Source of the DNA: Bigelowiella natans CCMP2755
Taxonomy: Eukaryota > Protista > Cercozoa
DNA length: 64,000 nt
Direction of reading: 5' to 3'
NCBI GenBank assembly: GCA_000320545.1
Contig: ADNK01001164.1
Coordinates: 32,279 to 96,278 of the forward strand
Shown here: piece after piece, positions 13,396 through 28,974 of the stretch
Layout of the letters: each line of letters opens with the position of its first letter
Position numbering within the stretch: the first letter of the stretch is position 1
Program-made: the position numbers and the translations under genes
Notes under the pieces: model-generated
Told to the model about the DNA's origin: nothing
The model's input: the letters and a program-made list of their open reading frames with translations, nothing else
The model's database searches: none

Positions 13396-14112
13396 TCATT
13401 CTTGAGGTATGGCGTTGCAGATATTGCGCAATCCGTGTGCTATGAAATCTTTGTCAAGACGTTGGCCAATACATACTACTCGGCAGGTTCCTATAAACAG
13501 AGTGCCAGCAACACGTACTACGTGAGTGCTATTCAAATCATTTTAACTTGATCATCATAATCAACATAATTATAACCTTCATCATCCTTGTCACCATCTA
13601 TTATTTACTTCACCATCGATAACTATCAATCTTCACCCTCACTTTTTTCATCACTAGCACGTAATTAAATGGTTCTATCGTGTGTGTGTGTACTCCTCCT
13701 CCTACTACCTTGATATTCATCTCCATTCTTCCATTCAGGACCTTGAGTAATCTAAAAGGACAACAACATATTGCAATTGATAAATCATGATAGTTAGTTG
13801 TCAATTTCAACTACCACTACAAGTACCTCGAAAAGTTGTTGAACTCCCTGTAAGTAGTACTTCCTTCTGCTGCTGCTGCTGCTACTATCACTGGATGATA
13901 TTGCTGTTGGTGTAATACTAAGAAGACCCTGTTATTTATTTATTATCACGCAGATGGTGTCACGGTTCATATTAGTAAATGATTGAGGAGAAGGAAGGGG
14001 CGAGCAGGGGCAAAGACGTTGAATAATAGCGATAGTAGGTATATTCTTAGTACATAACAACCATCACCACCATATTATCACTATCACCACTTCTGCCCAC
14101 TCACAAAAGAAA

Positions 14113-14144
<32 letters not shown>

Positions 14145-14210
14145 CCTTCATACGCATGATGTTCATTCTTTTCTCCTCTGGCAATCGATGATACTCAAGT
14201 TCATCTTTAA

Positions 14211-14246
<36 letters not shown>

Positions 14247-14983
14247 TGTTGTTCTTCTTGATCGATGGCATACTGCTCATACTGCTACTACTATCGTCTA
14301 TTATCTTGGTTGGTGCCGTGCCATCCCCTTCCTCCTTGTTCGTTTTCTTCTCAAATTTGAGAAGTGCTGCTCTTTCTTCCTTCTCCCACTATTATTCATT
14401 GTATTGATTGAAATTATTGTCAAATGATGGTGGTTCGGTGCAACACCACTAAAAAACGTGTAGCAATGTTGTTGTTGAGGTGTTCTTCCTTTGTTTCTGA
14501 TAGAGATTACCACCACCACCACCACCACCACTACTACTACTAGTAGAGAATTTTGCATTAGGAGAAAGTCGTTTTTGGTGGCAAGAGAAAGTTGTGCAAT
14601 CAGACGAGGAGACCTCAATTTCACTGTGATGATGATGATGATGACGATATCCAAAAACACATAATACTTCTACTACTACTACTAATACTACTACTACTAC
14701 TACTATATTTTAAAGAAAACTTGATACAGTGGTAGCATTAGACTGTTGCAGCAACAACATGATCATGATCATCATCTGCAACAGCAACAGCAGCAACAAC
14801 AACCTGTTGCAGCAACAACAACATGAACATGATCATGATCATCATCTGCAACAGCAACAGCAGCAACAACAACAACCAGAAGCAGTGCCAACCATCTTCT
14901 CAGCCTTGAAAGTGAATTAATACGCCCTGTTGTTGTTTAGTATTCTTGGTAGTAGTAATAGTAGCATCTTATGTATTATATAT

Positions 14984-15021
<38 letters not shown>

Positions 15022-15171
15022 ATGTTAAACACAATATATAGATGATGTTGATGATGATGACGATGATGGTGGTGGTGATGGTAGCCATGAGTTCATAATC
15101 TGGTGATGTTAGTTGACGATGCAGTGATATCACAATTTATCCTCTTATAATATACAAATAGTCATTTTCTG

Positions 15172-15202
<31 letters not shown>

Positions 15203-16109
15203 GTATTCGGCTTATCCTCTTTCTCCTCCCCCACCACCCCCACCCCTCTCCCTGTCCTTGAAGGATTATGAATTGATGTTTTATGTTGACAACGATGGCG
15301 ATCACATATCCTAATCTGTCTATGAATTGATGTTTTATGTTGACAACGATGGCGATCACATATCCTAATCTGTCTTTCTATCTATCGGTGACGTTTGTGC
15401 AGGATAAACCATAGAAAGATAAAAATAACAACCATGAATATCTATCACACAGGAAGTGATGCTCTCGTCATGAACCTATTGTCAAGATAGAATAAACAAC
15501 AAATAAGACGAAGAATATATATGGTAATTATTACTTATCTCTCCCTCTTCTCTCTACTTCTGTTGCAAACGTTGCTGTATTAATGTTATCATTCATATCA
15601 TTGATACGGAGGAGGAGGTAGTAGTTAAAAACAACAATATAGAGGTGGTGTTAAACATAATACATACGCAATCTTTTCCCGCTTTAGGAGGAGGAAGAGG
15701 CTGGTGCTGCTTCTGCTTCTGGTGGTGGTGATGATGCTGCTTGTCGGTAGTAGTAGTAGTAGTAGTAGTAGTAGAGAACGATGATGATGATGATGATGAT
15801 TCATTATTAACGTTGCCACCACTATTACTGTTACTGTTGCTGCTGCAATCCTTCGATGATGATGATGAAGATGATGTACATTTACTATGATCATGATGAT
15901 GATGATGATGATGCTGATCATGATGATGATGATGATGCTGATCATGATGATGGTGATGGCTGTCTTGATCATGACTGCGGTGCTGCTGTTTCTTAACAAT
16001 ATTCTCTGCTGAAGATGGGTTGTAAGCATCCAAATCCAATATCTGTATTATAGGTTAAAAAGATATATTACATAGAGGAGGGGAAGAAGAGGAAGAGAAC
16101 AGATAGATA

Positions 16110-16144
<35 letters not shown>

Positions 16145-16860
16145 GAGACTACTAAGCACACATTGCATCTTTAAGAAGCATATGACACACACACACACAC
16201 ACACACACACACCATTATTCATTCCAAAGTGTTAAATAAAAATATGTTGCTGCTGCTGTAGAGTACTATGATTTTCACTTATCCACTACTGACCCCTCAG
16301 GTTATGATGATAATGTCTATTATAACATCTAGCAGAGACATCAAATTTCTCACCTGTTTTAAATCTGCTACTTTTGATCTTTTTCCACCGTAAGCAGCAG
16401 TATGCATCACATGGGGAAAGGGGTGGTGGATAGTAAAAGAGCGGATAAAATCATGAATCGTCACCATTCTGCCGATTCCTCTTCCTACTACTACTACTAC
16501 AACTACTTCTACTCTACTATTATTACTCACTATCACCCCCACCACCACCACCACCACTACTACAATTACCTCTTGTGAAACATGATCACACTTAGTATTG
16601 GTAGTTTGTCGTGGTAGTATGTAGTAGTAGTAGTAGTAGTAGTAGCTACCAGCTACCAGCTAGTACCTAATTGTGACGAGCAATGGTACTGGATTTAGTT
16701 TCTCAAGTTCAGAGCTAAGTCGTTTTATTCTGTCTTCTTGTACCTTAGTATAGCATTCGTATACATCATTTATAGTGATAAAGCACGTAGCAAATCATAT
16801 AACAATAACACCAATAATAAACAATTGCGAAATAGTTATTCCCCTTGTTGTTGTTCTTTG

Positions 16861-16903
<43 letters not shown>

Positions 16904-16953
16904 TACACTGTGGTATTAATTAATATAAAGGTGGTGGTCTTCTGCCTAATACT

Positions 16954-16986
<33 letters not shown>

Positions 16987-17733
16987 ATCTAAGTTATCTA
17001 TCAATGTACATCATCTACCATTGCTAGTTGTTGCTACTAATATAGTACAACGTACGTACATACGTGGTTAGAACCTACCAAGTCTTTTTTATTCAGTATA
17101 ATTATATCAGCATATGCTATTTGATTTCTTGTGGCCTCTGGAATAATGATGTGAAAGATAGACATAGTAGTAGTAGGTAGATCAGAACATCAATAACCAG
17201 TATCCTCATACTGATCATTACCACTGATCATACTACTTAGTAGTGTGTAGACATTAATCAATCATTATGCTTGTGCCGCTCTACCTTTCTTCTTCTTCTT
17301 CTGATATATGGTTTTGATTATCATTATTACATTATCTTGTACTACCTGCAACTTTATCTTTTCCATTCATCGATGTCAATCTAGTACAAGCAGCAAATAT
17401 GTTGTAATATGTTCAATCATGATCTATCACCACCACCGTCATCATTATTATTATTATTATTATTATTGTTAAGAGGTATTATCATGGGGAGGTTGTTGTT
17501 GCTGCTGCCATTATCAAGAAGATACTACAGCACTACTACTACTACTACTACTACTACCACTACTACTTGTACTAATTTTACATGGCGACTCACCAAAATT
17601 ATGCATCGGTACAGTAAGTAGCAGCATACGGTGTGGGTTGCTATCTCATCAGAGAACAACATCATCATCATCATCATCGTTCACTCCTTCATTCGTTCAT
17701 TCTTTGTGGGGTACACACAGTGTGCTTTCTGCT

Positions 17734-17764
<31 letters not shown>

Positions 17765-18236
17765 ACCTTGCATCAACCAAACCAATGACTCCGTTAAGAA
17801 ATACACCTTTGAAAATGAGTAGAACTTGATAAGTATCCTACTACTGCTACTGACTGTTTGATGATGGTGTGATGCTGATGCTACCCAATATCATCATCAT
17901 CATCATCCTCATCATAATCGTCTTGTGTGTTTCTTCCTCCTTCTAATACTTCTCCATCATCATTTTACCGACCGCTTCTAGGCTGTCATCTAGCCAAACA
18001 TAGAAGCCAATTTCCAGGATCTGCACACCTGATTGTGATATAAACCAGTACTCGATTGTAAACTGCCTGACTGCTCAAGAAATGATGCCGGATTTATAGC
18101 TTGATAGTAGCCACTGATATAGTAGCCACTGTGAGAAGACAAGACACTGAAAGAGAAGTTCCATGCATTTCAGATCACAAGACAAACTTGCATAGTGCTG
18201 CTACTATCGTCATTGTCACCACTAATCATCATCATT

Positions 18237-18269
<33 letters not shown>

Positions 18270-18821
18270 GTTTATCGACAACACCGGAGCACTCGACGAA
18301 TATGTGATCAAACTTCCTGGTACGTAGGAGGACTTCAAGAGCACTTACAAAGTCTTTCAACAATAAGAAATAAGATCACGACTCACAAAGTTTTCTTTCA
18401 ACGATAAGAAATAGACAGGGGATTGGGTTGGAAAAGAGGCGAGAAGGAGAAGGACACTCTAACATGTATTATAAGTATTTACAATGCAAGGACGTGAATA
18501 TTACTCTCCAATCGATTGTTTTGTATCTGATTTCTAAAAATACTGTGATATATCATCATCACATCATTATCCTTTCGATCATGATCAATACTTTGTATTC
18601 ATATCATGATAACGACTACAACGACAACGACGATGATGATGAGATATGGTTTCGGGCAATGCTGATTAAGAAAGACAAAGATAATGCATCATATTTGAAA
18701 ATTGTCTTCTTCTTATATTAATACCACTCCGCACACTGCAGCATACACAGCCTCCACCAATCTCTTTTAAGTCTGCCACGGCATTTCCCTAAGTTTATAG
18801 AAGAGAACCGCGATGATATTA

Positions 18822-18860
<39 letters not shown>

Positions 18861-19037
18861 TGGATGTGCTTTGAGAATGATGACTCAAATCCTACTACTT
18901 CAGCAGCAGCAATATGAATGAGGTAGCAAAGGAACAAACAGCACACGAGGGATGGATGAACCATGATGTGTTGAGATTTTGTAGTTATACGAGGGATGGA
19001 TGAACCATGATGTGTTGTGATTTAGTGTAGTTGTACT

Positions 19038-19079
<42 letters not shown>

Positions 19080-19568
19080 GTCCTCCTTACATCATCATCG
19101 ACAAGCTTAAGATCATCTTCGATGCCAACACCAGATGCTTCGTTCTAGAAAATCATGTCACAGCAATAAGGAATAACAAACATTAGATGCTGCTGATTGC
19201 TGGTACTACATACAACACACGAGATTCAATGATATTATGTTTTGCCCAAGTGCCACCACCTGGATTATAGCTATCTGTTTGTTTTGATCTTTGAGTCTCT
19301 CCAGCACATTCCTGAGGAACGTTGTCTTGCCAGAACCCAGCCATCCAGTCACAATCGTAACAGGAACAGCAGGAGCAACCACATCACAATCCCCACTTCT
19401 CCTACTCCTTTTCCCTTCTTTGTCTTGTTGTTGTCCTCCTTCTTCTTGCTTTTCTCCTTCGATTTTTACTACTTCACTATTTTGTTGAGTAGTAGGCTGA
19501 CTTTTCTCTCCGATAGCCCCCCCCGTAGAAACCACAAGCTCAGGCATCATTTCATCGTCGCTTTCCAT
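13396..19568 (-). CDS. COG0523/CobW-family (CBWD/ZNG1-like) G3E metallochaperone GTPase
   Basis: PVTIVTGWLGSGKTT (Walker A), GGGCVCCSVR (CxCC), IFVECSG (Walker B/ExxG), QIAYADIIILNKKDL (NKxD), a His-rich insert, MNIMRMK, GVQQLFE and C-terminal RVVCIGQRLD (CobW_C). More than 15 exons. Indels at ~17990-18025. Confidence 0.92.
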
Positions 19569-20190
19569 GATTTGTTTCGTTAATATCTTGCTAGTTTCCT
19601 CTCCTTCGCCTTCTCCTTGCTCGTTTGTTCACCTACACGCTGAAACAAATTCATTAAGCTTACCTGCACTTCAGAAAGTTCCATACAAATTCACCATCAA
19701 CAGCAAGAGCACCAGCAGCAGCACCACCACCAACATTGCTATGTTCATCATTGTCATCATTACCTTCGTGTGTGTTATATGACACGTACTCTAGAGAGGG
19801 GATAGGCCTTGCGTAGTTTTAGAACACAAAACCCGAGAAAACAACGACAACACTTTGAGAATGTCTTCTCGACGAAATGGATCCCATTTACGTTCTCTTT
19901 AGGCAATGAGCTAGCTAGCGTCTAGGTACGACATGAAAAGACGCATGTCGTATAGTCAAAATAGGCCCCACTTAAAAAATTCTCAGCAGACCGACAGAGA
20001 ACACCACCACGGGTGGGTGAAGTAAACACCGACACACGCACGCACTAGATCAATCTACTACAATACTTTGTTGTTGTTGGCACGGCTGCTGTAGAAGGAA
20101 GGAGGCATACCCTTTTTGCCTTGCTGCTGCTTTGGAGTACTCTGGGTGCTGCTTAAGGAGTGATAAACTACTCCTCGTAGAAGCATTATC
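19569..20190. promoter_or_regulatory. Probable bidirectional promoter between head-to-head CobW and PWP2 genes
   Basis: The start codons are ~620 bp apart on opposite strands. Inferred from geometry only. Confidence 0.45.
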
Positions 20191-20424
20191 ATGAAGTTTA
20201 ACTTTCAGGTGATGATGATTATTCTCATGTTTTCATTAGCAACATGAATCACCTCTTCTGAATTATTATCTACCTATCACTTTTCTTCGCTCATATCACT
20301 GCTACTACCTTCGTTTAGTTTTCCAATCTATGCGGAACCGTTTATCGTCAAGGCAACATTTTGTTCACTCCGGACGGAAATTCAGTACTCAGCCCAGGTA
20401 TTATTAGACACCATTAACAACACA

Positions 20425-20459
<35 letters not shown>

Positions 20460-20482
20460 ACAACAGACAGGCAACAACTTTA

Positions 20483-20515
<33 letters not shown>

Positions 20516-21184
20516 AAGTAGTTTTTGTAGCGATTAGAGAAAGATCAGCAATAGCATGCCAAAATTCCAAGTTGGCAAGTTTCTATTCTGATATCATGTC
20601 ACATGAGAATCAATACTATGTTTTGGAGAATAATGATTGATGTATGTTCCTGATCTGATTTGGATAGTGCAAAACAATGATTGATGTATGTTCTTGATCT
20701 GATCTGGATACTGCAAAACATAACATTAGTGGGGAATCGCGTCTCTGTCTTGGATCTTGTTAATCATAAATCTCGCACTTTACCGTTCGAAAATCGGCGA
20801 AATATATCACGGTTATGCTTATCTCCGGACGGGTATTATAATCTGCGACGATCATCTCCACGCCCTCCCTGCATTATTCTTCTTCTTATTGTTATTATTA
20901 TTATTATCTATGACCACATCATCATCCTCGCAAATTTCAAGTTATCATTGATTGACACCAGTAGCTAGTAATCAGAATCAGTAACATAATACATGTTGAG
21001 GTATGGATAGGAGATAACAACATCGGAACAGCACCAGCAACTATAAATATTATAAATATAAAATTTTTGTAATGTTATTGTGTACAGCCGTATATATATT
21101 CCATGTGGAATAATCGTCCGCCTTTTTGATTTCTTTTTAAAATTTCCATAGAACTAAGTAAGGTGTGATCTACAAATACTACTA

Positions 21185-21216
<32 letters not shown>

Positions 21217-21987
21217 ATCACTACAGGTCAACTTTAATTTCTGTTGATGAGAATGGAGGTGCTCTGCTAGTGAATTTCCACAAAGCAGTCGTGTTGTGCC
21301 AGTTTCAGGTAATAATACTGCTGCTGCTGCTGTACCACTACTACTATCCATTCCAAATTATAGGAACAACTAACTACAACTACATCAAACAACAACTACG
21401 ACATACTAAATGTTGCTGCTCGTTCTATTGTCCCAGTTTAAGGCTAAAGTGCTAGACCTGCAATTTTCCCCTGATATGAAATTCATCGCTGTAACTTCTG
21501 AGCAAGTAGGAACAAAGCTAGCATAGAAAAGACGACGATATTTAGAATATATCCTATTATTGTTATTAATATTATCATGATTATCATTATTATCGTATCA
21601 TCAACTACCTCATGGATTCTGTACTTGGCACATGATCATCATCATATTGAGATATATATTACACCTGATGCTGATTATCTATCAATTGACTGCTCGCTAC
21701 TAATTGATTTAAAATTGGTCATATATTCCTATTCTATACAGCATATCCAAATATGGAAAGCGCCCCCTCTTGTGTCTCAATTCCGACCCTTTCATCTCAT
21801 CAGAACGTACAATTTGATGATGATGATGATAGTAATGATAACGATGAAGATTCATGGCTAGTGATACCTGCCAAAACTGTGTAAAAATGTGAATGGAAAA
21901 AACCAAACTCTGGGAGAATCAATACAGGGACACATATTGTAGTAGTAGTGTAGTGTTATTCGTGACAATAACATACAAAGTAATGGG

Positions 21988-22018
<31 letters not shown>

Positions 22019-22102
22019 AGGTTCACAGGACATTATGATGACGTTTTATGCCTAACATGGTCACCGGATAGGTAAACAACAACGACGGGCTTCCTTTTCT
22101 TC

Positions 22103-22138
<36 letters not shown>

Positions 22139-22868
22139 ATAATAATAATAATAATAATAATCATAATCATAATGATGATTATGATATCCATCTATACTGA
22201 CTGACTACTGTACCTTTATTTAGTATCATTACAGAGCCAAAACATGATGCTTGCTAGCATACTATACCACGCTATACTATACTGATAATTACGAACATGA
22301 TTCTTATTCTTTGCAGCAAATTCTTGATATCTGGATCACGAGATATGGCTTGCCGGTAATATAATTAACAAAAATAAATTATTCAATAGTATTGAAAATT
22401 ATAGAGCAATAGATAATGATAATAGTGATCATGTGTACAAGCAGTTTAATACTGCAACCAAGCACGGGAATTTCATATAATACAATATATATATATATAT
22501 ATATATATAATATGTTTATGTGAAAGAAAGAGGGGAAAACACGATGATGATTATGATAATGTCACAGAAGAAGAGTTTAATTCAATACATATAAGCTCTT
22601 TTCTGTTGATATATTGTTGATATCTTCTTTTTTCATTGTTCTTGTTGTTGTGCTCACTTTTCTCTTCTTCTCCTTCTTCTTCTTCTTTCTTGGAGGCTGT
22701 ATTCTGCTGAGCCAATCAAAGGATATCTACCCATTACTTTGACAGGACATCGAAACCATGTAAGTGAAAGAGAAGATGGAAAAAGAAGCAGAAGAGGAAG
22801 AGGAAGAAGAAGATCATGATGATTGAGAAACAACAAAAAGAAGCCAACGGTGGCACAACAGCGTGCGT

Positions 22869-22912
<44 letters not shown>

Positions 22913-23452
22913 AGAGGAGTCTTGATACATAGTATTATCATCATGATCATCATCATTGACAGCAGCAGCTGATGCGACATTTCTATAAAGATAGGAGGAG
23001 GAGTTACATTAAATATAGTAGTAGTAGTATCATCACTTATATATGATTTCTTATCAGATCGTAGGTGCCTTCTTCCGATATGGATTGAAACCTGGTACTG
23101 CTACTACTGCTACTACTGCTACTACTGCTACTACTACTACTACTTGCTTATACATCATTGTAAGTATCACAATCGTCATCATCATCATTATCATCATCAT
23201 CATCATTGGCTAAATACCTCTTCTCTTCCAACTTCTACTATAACTAATGAAGGAATGGATGAAAGTCTCTACACTGTTGCTAAAGATGGTGCTCTTTTTA
23301 CCTGGAAGTTTGTTCCCATAGACCAAGATGAAAAGGGTCGTACTGCATGCTATTCATATTATTGAGATCAATATCAATAATATCATATTCGTAATATCAT
23401 GCCTACCATCAATCGATAGATAACCTTGCTGCTGAGGAGTTGGTTGTATCAG

Positions 23453-23483
<31 letters not shown>

Positions 23484-23558
23484 GGTTTGTTGTATCAGTT
23501 GTTGTTGTTGACAACAACTATTCTGTTTTTTGAAATATGACACACGCAAACACAGACA

Positions 23559-23612
<54 letters not shown>

Positions 23613-23905
23613 GCTCTATTTGAACAAGCATCATCATCCATTATGACGAAGTATGATGTGAAGAAGACGATATGAGTCGGGATTAGATTAGCACACCTAA
23701 TGGCTTGATCATAATAATTACCATTATCATCATCATCATCATCAACAGCCTATCAACATATATTATCGTTGCCATTATTATTCATGTTATTTATTATTAT
23801 TACAATTACTATTATGTTCCATTATATAGGTAGAAGGTTTGGCGTCGGTAGAAGCTTTAAGAAAAGAGATCAAATCGAAGCAATATCTGGTAGTTCTGGC
23901 AATAG

Positions 23906-23937
<32 letters not shown>

Positions 23938-24385
23938 TATATATGTAGAATCCTTTGGCTACTAACTCGAACAACCTTGATTGTAGATGACGCACATTGG
24001 ATAGCAAAGTGCAATGTGGTTATGGTAAAATAATAAATAAAGTACTTAATACTTTTAACATTACTCCTATGAGTCAAATCGGTGTCCATCATTATCATGA
24101 ATCATCATGAATCATCATCATAATCCTATTATTACTAATGCTGCTACTGCTACTTGCTACTTGCTGCTGCAGGTAAAGAAGCACTATTTTCAACAAAATC
24201 ATGCCAAAGTCGTGTGCGCTGCCCTCCATCACTCTAACAAGGTAGGAAGTAGTAGCAGCAGTAATTGTAGTAGTAGTAGTAGTAGTAGCAGTAGTAGTAT
24301 TAATGACGATGACGATGATAATGATGATGGAGAAAACTTGGATTAGATTTGTAAAAACTGCGTGACCGATCGACGTGTCAGTGAG

Positions 24386-24424
<39 letters not shown>

Positions 24425-24429
24425 GAGAG

Positions 24430-24468
<39 letters not shown>

Positions 24469-24969
24469 TGATAGGTAAATGTCTAAATCTGTAATCACCA
24501 TATCTTCTACTCTCTAACCCTAATATGTTTCTTCTTCTTCTTGTTGTTGTTGTTGTTGTTGTTGTTGTCGTTCTAATATTACTACTCCTACTACTCTCAG
24601 ATAAGCGAACTACTGGTTGTTGGATTTGACACTGGGGTAGTAATAATAATAATACTACTACACGACTACAACTACACCATGATCATCATGATCATTGTCC
24701 ACTTAGCACTGACTCAGTACTCCCACATATATTATTTGTTATCATTATTATCTATTACAACTAGCTAGTAGTAGTGTTAATAGTAGGAATAGCAGCATCA
24801 AGCCATGAATCATGTACAAGCAGCAGCTTGTGCAATATAATCTTGATCGTTTACAATCATTGTAACACATCATCTACTACTGCTACTTATTATTATTATT
24901 ATTATCATCCTTATACCTACCCTCTACTCTCTTCCTTCTCTATTGGCAGTTGTTTTATTATCATTGTCA

Positions 24970-25003
<34 letters not shown>

Positions 25004-25827
25004 CATTATTATACATGTGTGCCTTACATCATCCTACCCCCCCCCCCCCCTCCCTTCCCTCCTCTCAAACGAGGTAGGTAGGTAGGATGGATGGATGTTG
25101 ATGCTGATATTGATATAAATGTTGTTGTTGTCGTGATCATTATTATAAAAAAGAAGAAGCACCATGATTATTAGCTACAAACAGGTTTTTGGCTTGTTCG
25201 AAATGCCAGAGTTTAACATGATCCACACCTTATCAATATCCCAAAAACGAATAACATCTGGTAAATAACTACTTACATAGAGATGATGCTACATACACAT
25301 GCTGCCACCACACCACCACATATAATCCCATTAGTTGTTTATTTAATGGAGATCATGATATTTGCATGTACCAGTGTTAGCACTTATTTTTGGCTAAGAT
25401 ATCTCTCTCAGTTTTTTATTTGCTTGATCATTGATAATAAAATCTACAGCTTCTTCTCTATTATTGTCACCGTGTCATCATCATCATCATCATCCTTTAA
25501 TGAACGATTACTTGATGCAGTTGCTATTAACACCACGGGAGAGTGGCTGGCTTTTGGGTCAGAAAAACTAGGTAATAGTAGTAGCAATAGTAACATTACC
25601 AGACAACCACTAGTAGCTATATTTTCTGTTTTATATGCTTCATCAAGCGGTGAATAGTACCCATACGGCAGCAGCATCAGCAATATCAGCTCAATAGTAG
25701 CTTGATCAGATGATCCATTGATTTATATATGATGATGATGCCAATGATGATGTTCCATTATAAGCTACTTCTTCTGCTATATATTCGTACAATTATGTTC
25801 TTCCTACTATATCTTATTGTATCTACC

Positions 25828-25880
<53 letters not shown>

Positions 25881-28475
25881 TTGTGTGTAGTAGTGTATTA
25901 GTAGTGATTTGTCGTTCCGTTGTTGTTGTTGTTATTGTTATTGTTGTTGTTGTTCTTATGTTGTTATGACGCTACTACTACTACTACTACTACTACTACA
26001 TTTATTACTACCAGGACAACTTTTGGTGTGGGAGTGGCAATCTGAAACGTAAAATTATATAAATATTATGTTTATTGTTAATTGTTATTTTTAGTGGCAG
26101 TCGTAGAATAGAATCGAAGATGAATGATGATGACCTGCTACCTTCTACTACTACTACTACTACTACTATTATCATATGTAGATATATCTTGAAGCAGCAA
26201 GGACATTTCTTTGACATGAATAGCATTGCATATTCTCCTGATGGCCAGCTCATTGCTACAGGTATTACCACCGCCTATTATTCTTCAACTTAAGCATTTC
26301 TTTCACGTTTTTATGCTTTTAGCCCCCCTCGTTAATTGAAGTCTATCTAAAAAAAATGAATCCTATCTTCTTCTTCTTCTTCTTCTTCTTCTTCTTCTTG
26401 TGTTGTTATTCTTAAGATCAAACTTTCCATTTAGTGTTAGGAACGTTAGAAATTTAATTATTGTCGTATTACCATTCATTTACTAATTGATTGATTTATC
26501 AAGGAGGAGATGACGGCAAAGTAAAGCTTTGGAATGCATCCACAGGGTTGTTGGTTTATTGTGAGTGTGATGATGATGATGATGGTGACCTGTCTTTTCA
26601 TCTAATTCTTTCCAGTACAAAATATTAAGAATAAAAGAGGAAGTGTACGACTAATTAACGAATAATTTGATCATCATCATTCTCATCATCATTAGATTCT
26701 GTTTCGTGACATTCTCTGAGCACACAGGACCTGTAAGATGATGATGATGATGATATACGACTAGTGTAGATTATAATAAGAATGCAATAAAATGATGATG
26801 TTGGCATCGTTTGTGAAGTATTTTATTTTGCCCCTCCCTCTTGAGAATAAAATCAACATTAATTAATTATTTGTGAGGGTATATTTGTTCTTCTAATCGC
26901 CGTAGGTAGAAGATGCATTTTGGCCATTATGTCTTTTGTTTGATATTTATCTACTCATAAAATTGATTATAGGTTAATCAAGTTGTGTTTTCCTCGAAAG
27001 GAAATGTTGTGGTTTCTTCCAGCCTTGATGGGGTATTTCATGATGATGATGTGATGATGTGATGATGATGATGGTGATGATGATAATGATGATGATGGCG
27101 GTGTAGGTTGTTAGATAAAATGAGGTAGAAAAGAAACAAAAAGAAGAAGAAGAAGAAGAAGAAGAAGAAGAAGAATATGAAGAAGAGACTCTCTTTTGTC
27201 TATCTTATACACAAACACATAATGTATACATCAGCAAAATACTACTCATACTAATATTCGTAACTGATACTAATACTAATGCAATTAATCTCCTGTGAAA
27301 AGAATAAAGTAAAGTAACAAAAATGGCAATATTTGTGATAACAACTAATGATGACAATGAACAATCTCGTTTCCTACCATCATTTACTGACTATTACTTG
27401 ATCCCCCCTGGTGTTTGTAATTATTTATCTCTGATTCAATTGGTACTTACTGCTCGTTGAAAGACTGTTCGGGCATTTGATCTCGTTAGGTTGGAGAGTA
27501 GTAGTAGTAGTAGTAGTAGTAGTTATGATGATGATGATAATGATGAGGAAAGGTGGAGGAGGGGGAATGAGGAGGTGATCGATGATAAGTGGAAGGATGT
27601 GGAAAATGTGCTCCTCCTCCTCATAGCTACTAATTATTCATGTCGATAACAAACATGCTGTATCTTATCTTATAGCTAATTATTCATGTCGATAACAAAC
27701 ATGCTGTATCTTATCTTATTTATACGTCGTACTCACTTACTACTGCAAGATACCGGAACTTTCGCACGTTTACGTCACCAGAGCCAACTCAATTCACTTG
27801 TTTAGCACTAGACAACTCTGGAGAAATGGTAGTACGATCATGTTGATTACTAAGTATTTATGCATAGATGATGATAAGAGTGATGATGATGATGAAACAG
27901 CTTTTGTACGAAACAAAGTACCATCATTACAAGTAATTGTGTGTCGTAGTAGTTGATATCTGATAACTATTGATGGTTTGGCACTAGGTTGTAGCAGGAA
28001 GCTTGGATCCGTTTGAAGTATATGTCTGGTCCTTAAGAACAGCAAGGTGAGGAGGAGGAGGAGTCATTATTGTGTAAGTGTGTATCTGTGTTTGTGTGTG
28101 TGAAAGTAATGTACGTGTGCATGAAAATTAATATAATAGCAACAAGCAGTGTGCATGTACTATGATGATGTGTAGGTGTATGTGTGTTTGCCATCACCAC
28201 TATCTATCATCCTTGCACTACTATAGAAAAGAAGAACTATTCGAAGTTTCTCTTCCCTCCACGCTTGTATGTATAGTGTTAGTGATACACTTACTTCCTC
28301 CTCCTCCTCCTCCTCCTATAGCCTTCATCATCATTATCTTCTTCCTCTTCTTTCTTGATGAGCAGATTATTAGACGTTCTCTCGGGTCATACGGGGCCTC
28401 TATCAGGCGTGCTATTTAACCCAGGTAGGGTAGTACTACTACTATTAGTACTTGTCCTAATCAAATCATCATCAT

Positions 28476-28513
<38 letters not shown>

Positions 28514-28943
28514 CAGCACATCCTTACTTGATATCTTCATCGTGGGACAAGACTGTGCGAATTTGGGATGTATACAATCGTAAGGTGGTGCTGCTGTATG
28601 TATGTAGTAGTTGCTGATGAAAGTCTTTCTTTGCAATGAGGATGAAGATGATGATGATGATGATGATGATGATGATAAGTGTAAGATCACATATCCTCTT
28701 ACTGTTTTATTCTTAATAGTATAAATAAATACTGTAAATCAATCATAATTCCGTATTCATCATCATCATCGTCGTTCATCTTTATCATCATTTTCATCAT
28801 TATCATCATCATCAATTCTACCTTAGGTTGCTGTGGAAAGCTTAGATCACAGTGGGGAGGTGCTATGTGTAGCTGTGAGGCCTGATGGTGACCAGGTACT
28901 ACTACTGCTACTAGTAGTATTAGGACTAGTATTTGTAGTATTT

Positions 28944-28974
<31 letters not shown>

